Positions 1 through 11,174 of a stretch of DNA of 59,125 nucleotides are shown here, piece after piece. Position 1 is the stretch's first letter; each line of letters opens with the position of its first letter. The notes under the pieces are model-generated. The model worked only from the letters and a program-made list of their open reading frames with translations. It was not told where the DNA came from and searched no databases. This DNA is from Vicugna vicugna. Lineage: Eukaryota. Both the position numbers and the translations under genes were made by a program. Location: assembly GCA_013265495.1 (NCBI GenBank), contig PNXW01006365.1, positions 1 to 59,125 of the forward strand. Reading direction: 5' to 3'.

Positions 1-1124
1 GGGCTCTAAGTCTAAAGCATGCTTTATCTTTGTTAGAAGGGAGACTGCAACGCTAGGGGGCTGTTAAACACATTCTAGAACCAAAGGCGATTCTCTCCTT
101 GACATTATCGGAAAGGTTGGAAGAGAAAAGAAAAGATAATAGTGTTCTCATTTTGAAGTTCTATTCAGTGCTATTCAGTGTCCTGTCTGGATACCAGCTA
201 ACCCACATGTCAGCTGAGGGAAGCTGAAGTGGGATTTTAGGAGGTGAGTGGCCCAACCAAAAACATGCACAAGGAGCTGCCATACCGCAAAACAGACTTT
301 ACCTGGAGCGAGCATGGAGTTTACAGCATTTTATTCTATTGCCATAAGGTGGTGGGCACGCCCTTTGGCACAACTGTTCTGCTTTTTATCTAGTTTTTGC
401 CAGTACATGGGCAGTGTGAATTTCTTTGTGAGGCTTACAGAATATCTCTACCGCATGTGTACTTCTATTATATTTGTTCTAAATCTTGTATAATTGACAC
501 ATGGTACAATCATTATTTACTGCATACTACAAACATGCTGTGATCGTGGCCTTGGGTCCCATAGCCTTAACTCATCTCAAGGCCACTCACACCACCCTCC
601 ACTCCACCTAAAATAATCTAGAGCACCACACTTTGGCAATACATTATCCCACATTTTGGTAAATTCTATTTGAAGGGAAAATGGGAAACACAGCAGGAAC
701 AGATGCACCTAATTTTAATCAACCTTCAAGGTCCAACTTCCTTCATTCGTTTCTTCCTTCCTGAGCGAGATGTATAAAATATTCAGAATCGTGCATAAAA
801 TGTAAAGGTAGAGTTTCAAGTATACACTGAAGTCACCACCACCAAATCAAGAAGTAGAATGGGACCAGGTCCCCGCCTTCCTATGCCCTTCCCACTACAA
901 AACCTATCCCTTCCTTCCCCACCAAAGGGAACCACTGAGTTCTTTCAAAATTATTTCCTTATCATAATTTTATCTGCAATTTGGTTTAGTTTTGACTTGT
1001 CGATGCAAAGAAAAAATTAACATAAGAGTTGTGAGTTTCAGTTTTATTCAATGACATTTCTGAAACTATAGCCTGGGAAACAGCCTCTCATTGATCTGAG
1101 GAACTGCTCTGAAGAGCAGGGAGG

Positions 1125-1187
1125 AATATATATATATATATGTATATGTGTATATATATATATACACACACACACATGTATATATGT
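1125..1187. repeat. Compound (TA)n/(CA)n microsatellite (paralog (TG)n(CA)n ~41364-41411)
   Basis: Directly visible. Confidence 0.9.
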
Positions 1188-2451
1188 AAATTTTTTGGCT
1201 ATGAAAAAACCTACTCAAGCATACATTTTGATAAAACATTACTGCTAGGTGAAGATTACTGCTAATCAGGAAGAACATATCACAAGTTAATTTGTACTTT
1301 TCTATATATGGCTCATTGCAATTATTCCTGAGGTATGCACCTTAACTATCTAGGGGCTCATTTATGCAAAGCACAGAATACTTTATCTCATTTTTTCCAT
1401 CCTGAATTCCCCTCAGGGCACAGTGTCAGTGGGGTAACTGCAGTGGGTTTCAATTTAATCCTTTGTCTAACTGGAGGGTGAGGGACACCCTTTGTTCTTT
1501 TTTTTTTTTTTTTTAACAGTCTCTCCCCTCTTTAGTCATAAATTCAACCAAGGTTTGGGAGTCATTTCATGACCAGTGTGTCCCATGGCTCTAGGATGGC
1601 TCATTTGTAGGTCAGGTGAAGATTCTGTTAATAGGCCATTCCCGTGCGATGTCTGGAGTAGGTCCTGTTCATAATCTCAGAATTCTTTGGACCATCTATC
1701 TTACTAGTCTCCTATGATCCAGGAAATGTTTCTCCCAGGTTGCTTCTTCTGATATCTACAGCCGTACCACTACAGTTAATGCTACAGAGAGCTACATATG
1801 TGAATAATTACCTCATGGTGTTTAGTCATCATCAATATTGTTGGAGACCTGGTTATACATTGGGTAATAAAAGAAATAGCAATCTTATAAAATAAGCAAG
1901 ATATAAGTAATATAACTAGCTAGTATCATTAATAAGGTCATAGTACAGCATCGAGAGGTCCAAAGCATGAACAGTTTGAAAACAACAAAGAAAACAAATT
2001 TAAACAATGATTACTGTAACTAGCTGTAATCTGTATTGCATAAGCCACAAAGTCCAGGAGAGAGCCAGCTGAAGAAGTCAAATTCTGGAGGAACCAGGTA
2101 GAATGAAAAAGATAAATGTTCTGTTTGGAAGGAAAAAATTTCCTCTACCCTTCTATCTTCTGGTTGGTCTAAGAATTGAACTGACATGTGACAGAGTAAT
2201 ACAAGAAACGCCAACAAAGCTTAATAACAAGTATATATTAGGAGAGACCCAGGAAAAGGGAGTAACTCACCAAGACAGAGGAAGCCCTCACCTTAAATAG
2301 CAACCTCAGCTAAAGACAAAAGAAGATGTTGAGGGTGGGGAGGGTCAGTTATGGGAGGGTATCAGGAAAAACACAGTCAACAAATATACGATGGTCACTG
2401 TGATGCAGATTTAAGTCTTTGCCTTCTCCACTGTTAAGACTGGTCCTCCAT

Positions 2452-2910
2452 TGACAGATGACTGGATACAGAAGATGTGTGTATATATACAATGGAATAC
2501 TACTCAGCCATAAAAAAGAATAACATAATGCCATTTGCTGCAACATGGATGGACCTGGAGATCATCATTCTAAGTGAAGTAAGCTAGAAAAAGAAAGAAA
2601 AATGCCATATGATGTCACTTAGATGTGGAATCTAAAAAAAGGATACAAATGAACTTGTCTACAAAACAGAAACAGACTCACAGACATAGAAAGCAAACTT
2701 ACGGTTACCAGGGGTTCAAGGGGGTGGGAAGGAATAAGTTGGGAATTCAAAAATTGCACCTCCTGGGGAGTGATGGAAATGTTAACTGTCTTGATTGTGG
2801 TCTCACTGGTGTATACATCTATCAAGATTCATCAAATTTTACATCTGAAATATGTGAACTTTACTATATAGGAATCGTACCACAATAAAGGTGTTAAAAC
2901 AAACAAATAA
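2452..2910 (+). mobile_element. L1 3' end fragment(s) (paralog ~42680-43145)
   Basis: GACAGATGACTGGATA...TACAATGGAATACTACTCAGCCATAAAAAAGAA...GCAACATGGATGGACCTGGAG, classic L1 ORF2 end and 3' UTR. Confidence 0.9.
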
Positions 2911-3290
2911 ACAGAAGGAGTGGTCCTCCTCTTCTTCCAAATACAGAAAGGGAGAAACTTAAAAATGGAGAATTCCTTTACAAATGTGAATGTTTCTTAC
3001 AAAAGGTAACTCCTACTTGGTTTTCAGAACCCTTCCCAAGTTTGCTGTTTCCTCAGAAAATAACCAGCTTAAAACAATTAATATGCCAAAGAGACACATT
3101 TAGGGTGGCAGATTCTGTTCCTCTTTAAAACCAATAAACTTAAACTAACTTAAATACTGAATATTAATTTAATACTGAATATTTCCCAGATCACATAAAC
3201 TCAAAATTCATTTGGGTTAGTTTCCATTACATTTAGAAATATATTTATTTAGAAGCGCTTACTTTTAAGTCAATTAAATAGAGCTCTTTT

Positions 3291-3408
3291 TTTTTAGGGA
3301 GGGGTAATTAGATTTGTTTATTTATTTTTAGAGGAGGTACAGGGGAATCAACCCAGTGTCTTGGACACGCTAAGCATGCGCTCTACTACTTAAGCTATAC
3401 CCTCCCTC
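3291..3408 (-). mobile_element. tRNA-derived SINE (camelid type) with 15-bp target-site duplication
   Basis: Reverse strand GAGGGAGGGTATAGCTTAAGTAGTAGAGCGCATGCTTAGC...A-rich tail; TSD AAATAGAGCTCTTTT at 3276-3290 and 3409-3423; empty site in copy B at ~43510-43524. Confidence 0.9.
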
Positions 3409-6400
3409 AAATAGAGCTCTTTTACAAATTAATTTTGATAATGCCATCAGGAGGTAGAGACGTATCTATAACATGCAAATGACATATAAACAGACATACG
3501 AGAGATGGCATAGCTTCATTTTAAACATTAGTCATAAATCAGTATTACAATATAAAACTTATAAGTTACACTTGAAATAAGTGAAGTGTATCTGCTCAGA
3601 TGATTAAGGCTTTTTACTATCTGTGGAAAAGACTTTTAAGATTTGTATTCATCCTTGATAAATCCTTAATGAGGCTGTGAATTAGGTTTTAAATGAGGGA
3701 CCTTTCCAGTAGTAATGAGTTTTAAGAGGCCTCTTTCCCCCCTTATTCCCCCTTGGTTTCAAGATCTACCTGATAGAGTTAACTGGGCTTAGTCTCAGGT
3801 CACTGTGGGCTGTGTGTACATTTCTGATTTGCAGAGATTTGCAAGGCAAAGACAGTTGTTTTTAATTCCTCCCAAACCGGGCTACCACCTAAATGATATC
3901 AAAAGATTGATTTGCCCACACTATAGTTTAATTTGCTACTTTTCAGGGAGACACAATGTCCATCCTCACAATACAATCAGACAAAGGAGAAGTAGCCATG
4001 TTACATAAAGCTCATTCAAAGACATCAATTTTATATAAACATTCATCTCCCAAACAAGTCCAGCCTATTTACCCCAGTTTAGAAAAATGTAGAAGGCTGG
4101 AAGAAAAAAAATTGCACCTGAGATACCTGACCAGCAGTCGCTTAGGGCAACAGTTAGGCCAATTTCTGAAGTTCAAGATTGACAAAAGGCCTGGGTCCCT
4201 TAACTCAACCCCTCACTGGGGACCCCAAAGCCTTTTACATGGGAGTGGATAAAATGGTGAGGTGGGGGACAAAAAGAAAGTTCTGGGGCTCCGTGTGAGA
4301 CAGAGACTTGGTCTAAGGTCGAGGGCATAGGACTTGGCCGAATGGAGCTGTGCTGCACTGTGTGCCTTCTTCTGTAGTTTGCATCTTTCACTCAACACCG
4401 TTTGTGAGAATCAGTTAATCTGTTCCATGAAACATTTCCGTTGCTGTCTAGGGTTCCATACATGACAGAGTCACAACTTGTATCCTCTTTCCTGCTCAGA
4501 ACATCTGGGCTATTTCCAACTTTTTGCTACTTGAATGATGCTGCCCTAAATGTGTTGGCACATACCTCCTGGGGCCCATGTGGCACGGATTCTGTAGGGC
4601 ATTTATCCAGAGTGGAAGGCTCCATCAGTGGACAGGCATGTCCCAGTGTCCCTGGAGAATGCTTGTGTCTGCAGGGAGTGCAGCTCCTCCTCCTCCTTTC
4701 TCTCCAAGGCTCCCAGGGTTGGGCTTGTTGGCCTTTGCCAGGCGGGGTCTGTAATACCACCATGAGCTTTATTCTGCATCACAGGAACACCTTTCCAATG
4801 TCACCCTGTGTGAAAACGCTGTCCAGTAGGAGGAGGAAGGCAGCTGAGGCAGAGGCAGTTCAGAGAGGGGCTGGCAGAGAAATGACAGCTGCAGAAGAGG
4901 GCTCTGGGAGGGGCTGTCTGGGGAGGCACTGTAGGTGGGGAGCCAGCAGGGAGGGCAGGGACCAAGGAGAGGGCTGAAGTGCAGAAAGGGCCACACCATG
5001 TCCCAAAGTGCCTCTACCCCCTTTCTCTGCCAGTGACTCTGGACCTGCCTCTGCCTGAGCTCCTCCAACACCAGCCCTTCCAGCAGCATCGTGGACGCTG
5101 CCCTGCCTGCTCAGTCAAGGATCCCTTCCTCTCCTTACGCCCTCTTCTAGCCCCTGAAGCACAGCTCAGCGCCAGTCGTGCGGCCTCGTCAGTGGGAACT
5201 GCATCCACACTTCTCTCCCGCCCAGATCCCTCGGGACCCCTTTCCCAGCTTTGCCTCCTGCTCCTCTCCCAAGGGGGCCGCACACTCTGGTCAGGGGAGG
5301 CTCCTGGGCCCGGCCCATAGGGTCTACACTCTTCCTATTGCCCAGCCCAGGGGCCCTCGATTCTTCCCCCCGGCACAGTGTCCAGGAGCATGACTGGGTT
5401 TACCCACCCCTCACCCTTCTAGACAGGAAGCCCCACACTGGTTGGGTGTGCTATGGCTCCTCTGGGCCTCCAGGATGATTTACACATGCCCCCAGCTCAA
5501 GAGACTTTAATTAATGAAATTGTCTCCTTTAAGGAAAGTAGACACCCAGCTTTTTCACTTTTCTCTCTGAGACCCTCTGTGAGGCAGGCCTCTCTCAGCC
5601 AGCTCAGTGAGAGCCTTGGAGGCCTCAGCCCTCCTCCTGGGCCTGTTTCCAAGGCCGGTATAATCACTTCCTTCAACCAACAGTTGCCTTCTGGGACCTT
5701 TGAGCTTGGCAACCGCTCTCTGACCCCAAATGCCAAGCTGGTGTGACCCTTATGATCAGTTTAGTAGATGTCCAGTGTAGGGGACAATGTGCGCTCTGGG
5801 GTTCCCAGGTGACCCCGATATGCCCTCCAGCTCTGCTGAGTCCAGAACACATCTCTGCAGGCACTTCCCCTCTGTGGCTCCTTGGATGCCCCTGAGATTC
5901 ATTCTGTGTCTGGTTCCCCCCAAAACCCCCCCCAGGGCGACCCTTCCCAGGTCTGTTCTCTGATCAGTCCCATCTGTCCCTCGGGAAGTGCAGAGCCTGC
6001 TTCTAACTCTCACACAAGCCATAGTGGTAAGAGAAAGGCAAGGGGCTTCTCCCTCCCTCGCTGCCAGCTCCTTCACCTCCACTGTGACCTCTAAGAACTC
6101 TGAGAGGCAGTGACCTCCTCAGAGAACCCCTGTGAACCCGAGGCCCTGCCCTTGCCTCTCTCAGCCACGTGCTCCTTCCTGGGCCACTAAGCACTCAGGT
6201 CAAGATGCAAATAACTGCTCTGTGAGCAACGTGGCCAACCTGTGACCAACTTTCCTGATGGAACCTCATTCAGACACGTGGGGAGGAGAACTGGCCCCAG
6301 AACTGCATGGGCAGGCCTGGTCAGAAGGGAAGATGCGTTATCAGAACTCCTGGGATGCCAGACACTGCCACTCTGTCTGGGCCAGGCTGAGATGACATCC

Positions 6401-7384
6401 TGCAGCCCCAGTGCCCACCCAGTGCCCTCCTACGTGATTGCCAGTCCCCCAGGTGACTTCAGGAGGCTTGGCACCTCCTTGATCCCATGAGGTCTGCCAG
6501 ATGTGGCCCCCAAGGAAAAGATGGCAAAATAAAACTCATATATTTTTCCAAATCTCAGTACCAGTGGGGACAATCATGCCATTTCTAGAGGGCTGGTGGG
6601 AAGGTCAAATGAGAGGTGTGGACGAGGGCCCAGGGAGCACTGGCCCCTAGAAAGTGATGCCTCCGTTGCCCCATAGTGTTGGGGGGTGTGGTCTCCTGAT
6701 GATCAATGCCTTTCTGTTCCTGGCTGCTGCCCTGCTCTCCCTGAGTGGTGGGACTGTCACTGCATTTCCCAGGGGCACATCGTGAGAATGAGAGGGCAGG
6801 AGGCAGGCAGAAGTCATTCCCCCATGGACCACTGGCAGCTGGTGCCACATGGACTCAGCATTGCCCAGCCTCTGGCAATGCCTACAGTGGGCACTGTGCT
6901 GGGGGCTGAGACACAGCCCAGACAGCTTAGGGTGGTAAATGGGGGCAATGGTGGAGGGTGCTGGGGGTCTAGATGGGGCCCCATGGACAAGCCGATCCTT
7001 TTCAGAGAACAGACAGACCAGGACAACTGTCCCCCAGAGAACAGGCTCCAAGAACCTGGCCCAAGGTATCAGCTACCCAGGAGTGCAGGGATGGAGGTGT
7101 TATCTCTTACTCCAGAGCAGAAAGCTGTGCTGCCTTATCATCCTTGGGCCCCGGGGAAAGGAGTGTAACAGCATGTCACCACGCTCAGGAGACTCAGGCC
7201 CAGAGTGGGCAGGCAGGGTGTCCTGGTGGGAACGTGAACAAACATGCTTTGTTTACTGTGAGTGACCTGTGGTTTGTATTTGGTCTCCAGTCCTGCTCAG
7301 GCACAGGACAAAATTCCCAAGAAACCAAGACCCATCACAGCTGATGATCACTTAATGTCGTCATAAGAAGAGCATTAAAAGACA

Positions 7385-8265
7385 CTTTACAGCGCACACC
7401 TATCAGAATGGCTAAAATTAAAAACAGTGACAACAGCGAATGGTGCTGTGAATGCGCAGAAGCTGGATCCCTCCTCGGTTGCTTGTGAGAATGCAAAGTG
7501 GTGCGGCCCCTCTGCAAAATTTTTTGGCAGTTCCTTATTTTGAGGGCTGGTGGGAGGGTACAGCTCAGTGACAGAGCACATGCTTAGCCAGCACAAGGGC
7601 CTGGGTTACTTAGAACAAACAAATAAACAAACAAACAAAACTCCACACACAACATGTGACCCCGCAGTTATACTTCCTGGCATGTATCTCAGAGAAATGA
7701 AATGAAATGAAATTTTTACAAAGAGACCTGTTGGTATAGAGTCTTCCTTTGTAATAGCCAAGCCTGAACCAGCCCAGATGTCCTTGCACAGGTGGAGGGT
7801 TAAACAGGCAGGGGGTCCACTTATCCCAGACACTGCTCAGAGGCACAGAGGAGCCAACTGCTGCTCCATGTGGGGTAAGTCTTCAGGGAATTAGGCTGAG
7901 TGAAAATGGCCAATCCCAAAAGACTGTATGATTCCATTTATGTAACTTACTTGAAATGACAAAATTTTAGAAACACAGGACAGGAGTTAAGGACAGAGGT
8001 CTGCGTGGTAGTAAAGGGGCCCGTGGGGTTAGAGCTGTTCAGTATCTTGACTGTGTGGTGTTTACAGGAAACCACATGTGTGATAAGATAGTATAGAACC
8101 TACACACGCATACACAGGAGCACATGTAAAAGGGGAGTGTGAATAGAAGGGTGAACATCTGTGCGTTATACCACTGGGGAAGATTGGACAGAGCATGCAA
8201 GCCATCTCTGTGTTATTTCTCCCAACTGCATGTGAATCTACAGTTATGTTCAAAATTCTAATGAA
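7385..8265 (+). mobile_element. Ancient L1M fragment (paralog ~47220-48170)
   Basis: CACACCTATCAGAATGGCTAAAATTAAAAA...TGTATGATTCCATTTATGTAAC, L1 ORF2 end and 3' UTR motifs. Confidence 0.8.
7550..7640 (+). mobile_element. tRNA-derived SINE, internally deleted
   Basis: GGGAGGGTACAGCTCAGTGACAGAGCACATGCTTAGC (A-box) followed by an (AAAC)n tail. Confidence 0.75.
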
Positions 8266-8734
8266 GAAAGGGAACTGAAAATTCACTGGAATGAAGACTA
8301 ATCTCGGAGCAATCAACCTTTAACCTATGGCTTGGTAAAAGACACCAATTAATTAATTAAGGGCCTACCCAGGAGTTAGTCTCCCCTGACCTTTTAGCCC
8401 AAGATCTTTCCTTCCACAACAAGATTAAAGAGATAAAGGAGTGATGGGGACAACTCACAAAGGCCAGGAAAGATGCCCCCACGCTGATATTTCTTCTGAG
8501 AGCTAGAGGATAAGCAGGGTCAGCAAGGTGAGCTGGTGAACAGCAGGCAGAGGGAGGAGGACCCAGGAAGTGCTGCCTGAGGGTAGGGAGGCTGAGGGTG
8601 GGGCTGGGCAGGGAGATGCTGGTGACCAGCGCAGGTTGGCTCAGGTGTAAGGAGGCCTGGGTGCAAGGGGGCGACCATGGTTCACTTCGGTGGGCAAGGC
8701 TGGGAGGAAGGTGTTTTAAGTCTTAATTGCGCTT

Positions 8735-10182
8735 AAAAAAAACCACAACATGAAATTTACCATCTTAACCATTTTTAGGGGTACAGTTCAGTGGTGTTAA
8801 ATATATTCACATGTAGAGCCACAATCTCCAGAAATTTGTCACCATACAAAACTGAAACTCTGCATCCATTAAACAAGGAGTCCCCAGTCCCCTCCTCCCA
8901 GCTCCTGGCAGCCACCATCCAACTTTCTATTTCTATGCGCTTGACTACTTGAGATACCCAGTGTAAGTAGAATCACACAGTATTTATCTCTCTCATTTTT
9001 TCAATTGAAAGGTAGTTGATTTACAAGGTTGTGTTTGAGGTGTACAGCAAAGTGATTCAGATATAGATACATATATATATATAAAACTAAAATATATATA
9101 ACTGGAAAAGAATACATATACATGTATGTATTCATTTTCAGATTCTCTTCCATTATAGGTTATTACAAGATATTGAATAAAGTTCCCTGTTCTTTACAGT
9201 AGGTCCTTCTTGTTTATCTATTTTATATATAGTGGTATGTATCTGTTTATCCAAAACTACTAAATTATCCATCTCCACCTTTCCCTTTGGTAACCATAGT
9301 TTGTATTCTATGTCTGTGAATCTATTCTGTTTTGTAAATAAGCTCATTTGTATCATTTTTTGATTCCACATATAAGTGATGTCATATAATATTTATCTTT
9401 GTCTGTCTTACTTCACCTAGTATAATAATCTTTAGATCCATCCATGTTGCTGCAAATGGCATGATTTCATTCTTTTTATAGCTGAGTAGTATTCCATTGT
9501 ATATACATATACCAGTTCCTCTTTATTCATCTGTTGATGGACATTTAGGTTGTTTCCAATTCTTGGCTATTGTAATTAGTGGTGCCATGAACATTGGGTA
9601 CATATATTTTTTCAAATTAGAGTTTTTTCCCAGATATATACCCAAGAGTGAGTCTGCTGCATCATATGGTAATTACACTTCTACTTTTTTAAGGAAAAGT
9701 ATTTATTATTTTGTGATGGGCTTATTGCCCTGAGAATCATGTCCTCAAGTTTCATCCCACAAAAAGTTTTCTACTGTATAGCAAGGGAACTACATTCCAT
9801 ACCTTGTAGTAACCTATAATGAAAATGAATATGGAAAGGAATATGGGAATGTATACGTACGACTGAGACAGCATGCTGTATACCAGAAACTGACACAACA
9901 TTGTAAACTGACTATACTTAAATAAAAAATAAAAATTAAAACAAAAGTTCATCTATGTTGTAGCATGTGCCAGAATTTCCTTCCTTTTTAAGGACAGATA
10001 ATAACCTATTGTAGAGCTATATCACATTGTGTTCCTCCATTCATCTGTTTCTGGACACTTGTGTTGCCTGTACCTTTGACTATAGTGAACAAGCTGCTAC
10101 AAACATGGGTGTGCAAATACCTCTCATAGGTCCCGCTTTCAATTCTTTTTTATATATACCCAGAAGTGGGACTGCTGGATTG
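8735..10182 (-). mobile_element. Old L1 3' end with two younger nested L1 fragments (~8988-9697 minus, ~9760-9945 plus)
   Basis: L1 3' UTR motifs; nested inserts flanked by AGTATTTAT (8979/9698) and AAGTT(T)CATC (9747/9945); uninterrupted in copy B at ~48640-49170. Confidence 0.85.
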
Positions 10183-10359
10183 GAGAAATGCTTTTGAACC
10201 CAACCTCGGCCCCCTGGAACCTCTTAGCTCCTTATCAGAAGCTATTACTGTGAGTGTGGGTGGCCTGCGGAAGGAACAGACTCATACCATCCAAGGAAGC
10301 AAGGTCAACTTCCTGAACAGTGGACTAGGACCAAACCTGCCTGCCCCATATAGGCATAA

Positions 10360-10400
10360 ACACACACAGAAACACACACACACACACACACACAGATACA
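10360..10400. repeat. (CA)n microsatellite, expanded in copy A only
   Basis: Directly visible; short in copy B at ~49350. Confidence 0.85.
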
Positions 10401-10989
10401 CGCCAATGCCTGCCCAGCCAGCCGTCAGTAACCTGAGACACAGACAATGTCCCCACTCTATTTTCACCACCAGTCCCACCTTTTTCCCACAGCAGGAGAA
10501 CTCTGGGCCTAGGCTCCTGGGGGGTGCCTTCTAGCCCAGTGACCAACTCACCTGCCCAGGCCAAACCTGGTGAGATGCTGAGTGGGTGGCAGGGCAGCCA
10601 GGCCACCCTGTGTGTCTCTGGGCCTCCTGGCATCAGGAAGCCAAACCCGGGCCCTTGGCCCAGGCTGGGTGCTTAGAACCTCACCTTCCTCAACACCTAG
10701 ACTCAAACCAGACCAAGGCTGACTTTCAGAAAATACTGAACAGGTGAGGTGAATGAAGGAGTCCTGGTTCTAATACAGGACTTAGTGAGCAAAGGGTTGG
10801 GAGTGGCCCCTGTCAGGCCCTTGCAAATGCCCCTCAGGCAAAGGACAGCTGCCCTCTAATCCTTCCCCTCTGCTGAGGAGACAGCTGGGGACCATCCTGT
10901 GAGGGATGGACCTTTTTCAGGCCCTCTGCTCCCTCAGTAACATCCTGCCACTTCCCTTCTGGCAATATGGCTTAATATCACAGGTCAGA

Positions 10990-11100
10990 GGCAAAGGAGG
11001 GGTGTGGTCACCTCGGGCACTGGGAGGGACATGGAGCCTTTTACAGCAGGGTTAAAGTCCTCCTCGCCTTTAAACCCAGACAGGTTGTACCGTAGCTGAT
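10990..11100 (+). promoter_or_regulatory. Proximal promoter of ALP copy 1
   Basis: TATA-like TTTAAA 11069-11074, HNF4/DR1-like GGGTTAAAGTCCT 11049-11061, CDX-like TTTTAC 11039-11044, KLF-type GGGGTGTGG 10999-11007, all 100-180 nt upstream of the ATG. Motif assignment is by consensus only. Confidence 0.6.
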
Positions 11101-11174
11101 ACCCTGTGTCCCAGCCTTGCTCAAGATCTGGCCTCCCCAGGGTCCCAACCTTGTTGCCTCCCAATTGCACAGGC

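Larger units (their letters stand above)
998..4230 (-). mobile_element. Decayed LTR/ERV-like complex with nested insertions (paralog ~41235-44060)
   Basis: TG...CA-bounded LTR-like segment ~998-1519, AT-rich internal-like sequence, and a second LTR-like element ~2122-3128 interrupted by L1. Family is not determinable by eye. Confidence 0.5.

Noticed and set aside
4200..7344. Many ORFs perfectly conserved between the two copies
   Set aside because: Conservation reflects DNA identity of the duplicated block, not coding constraint
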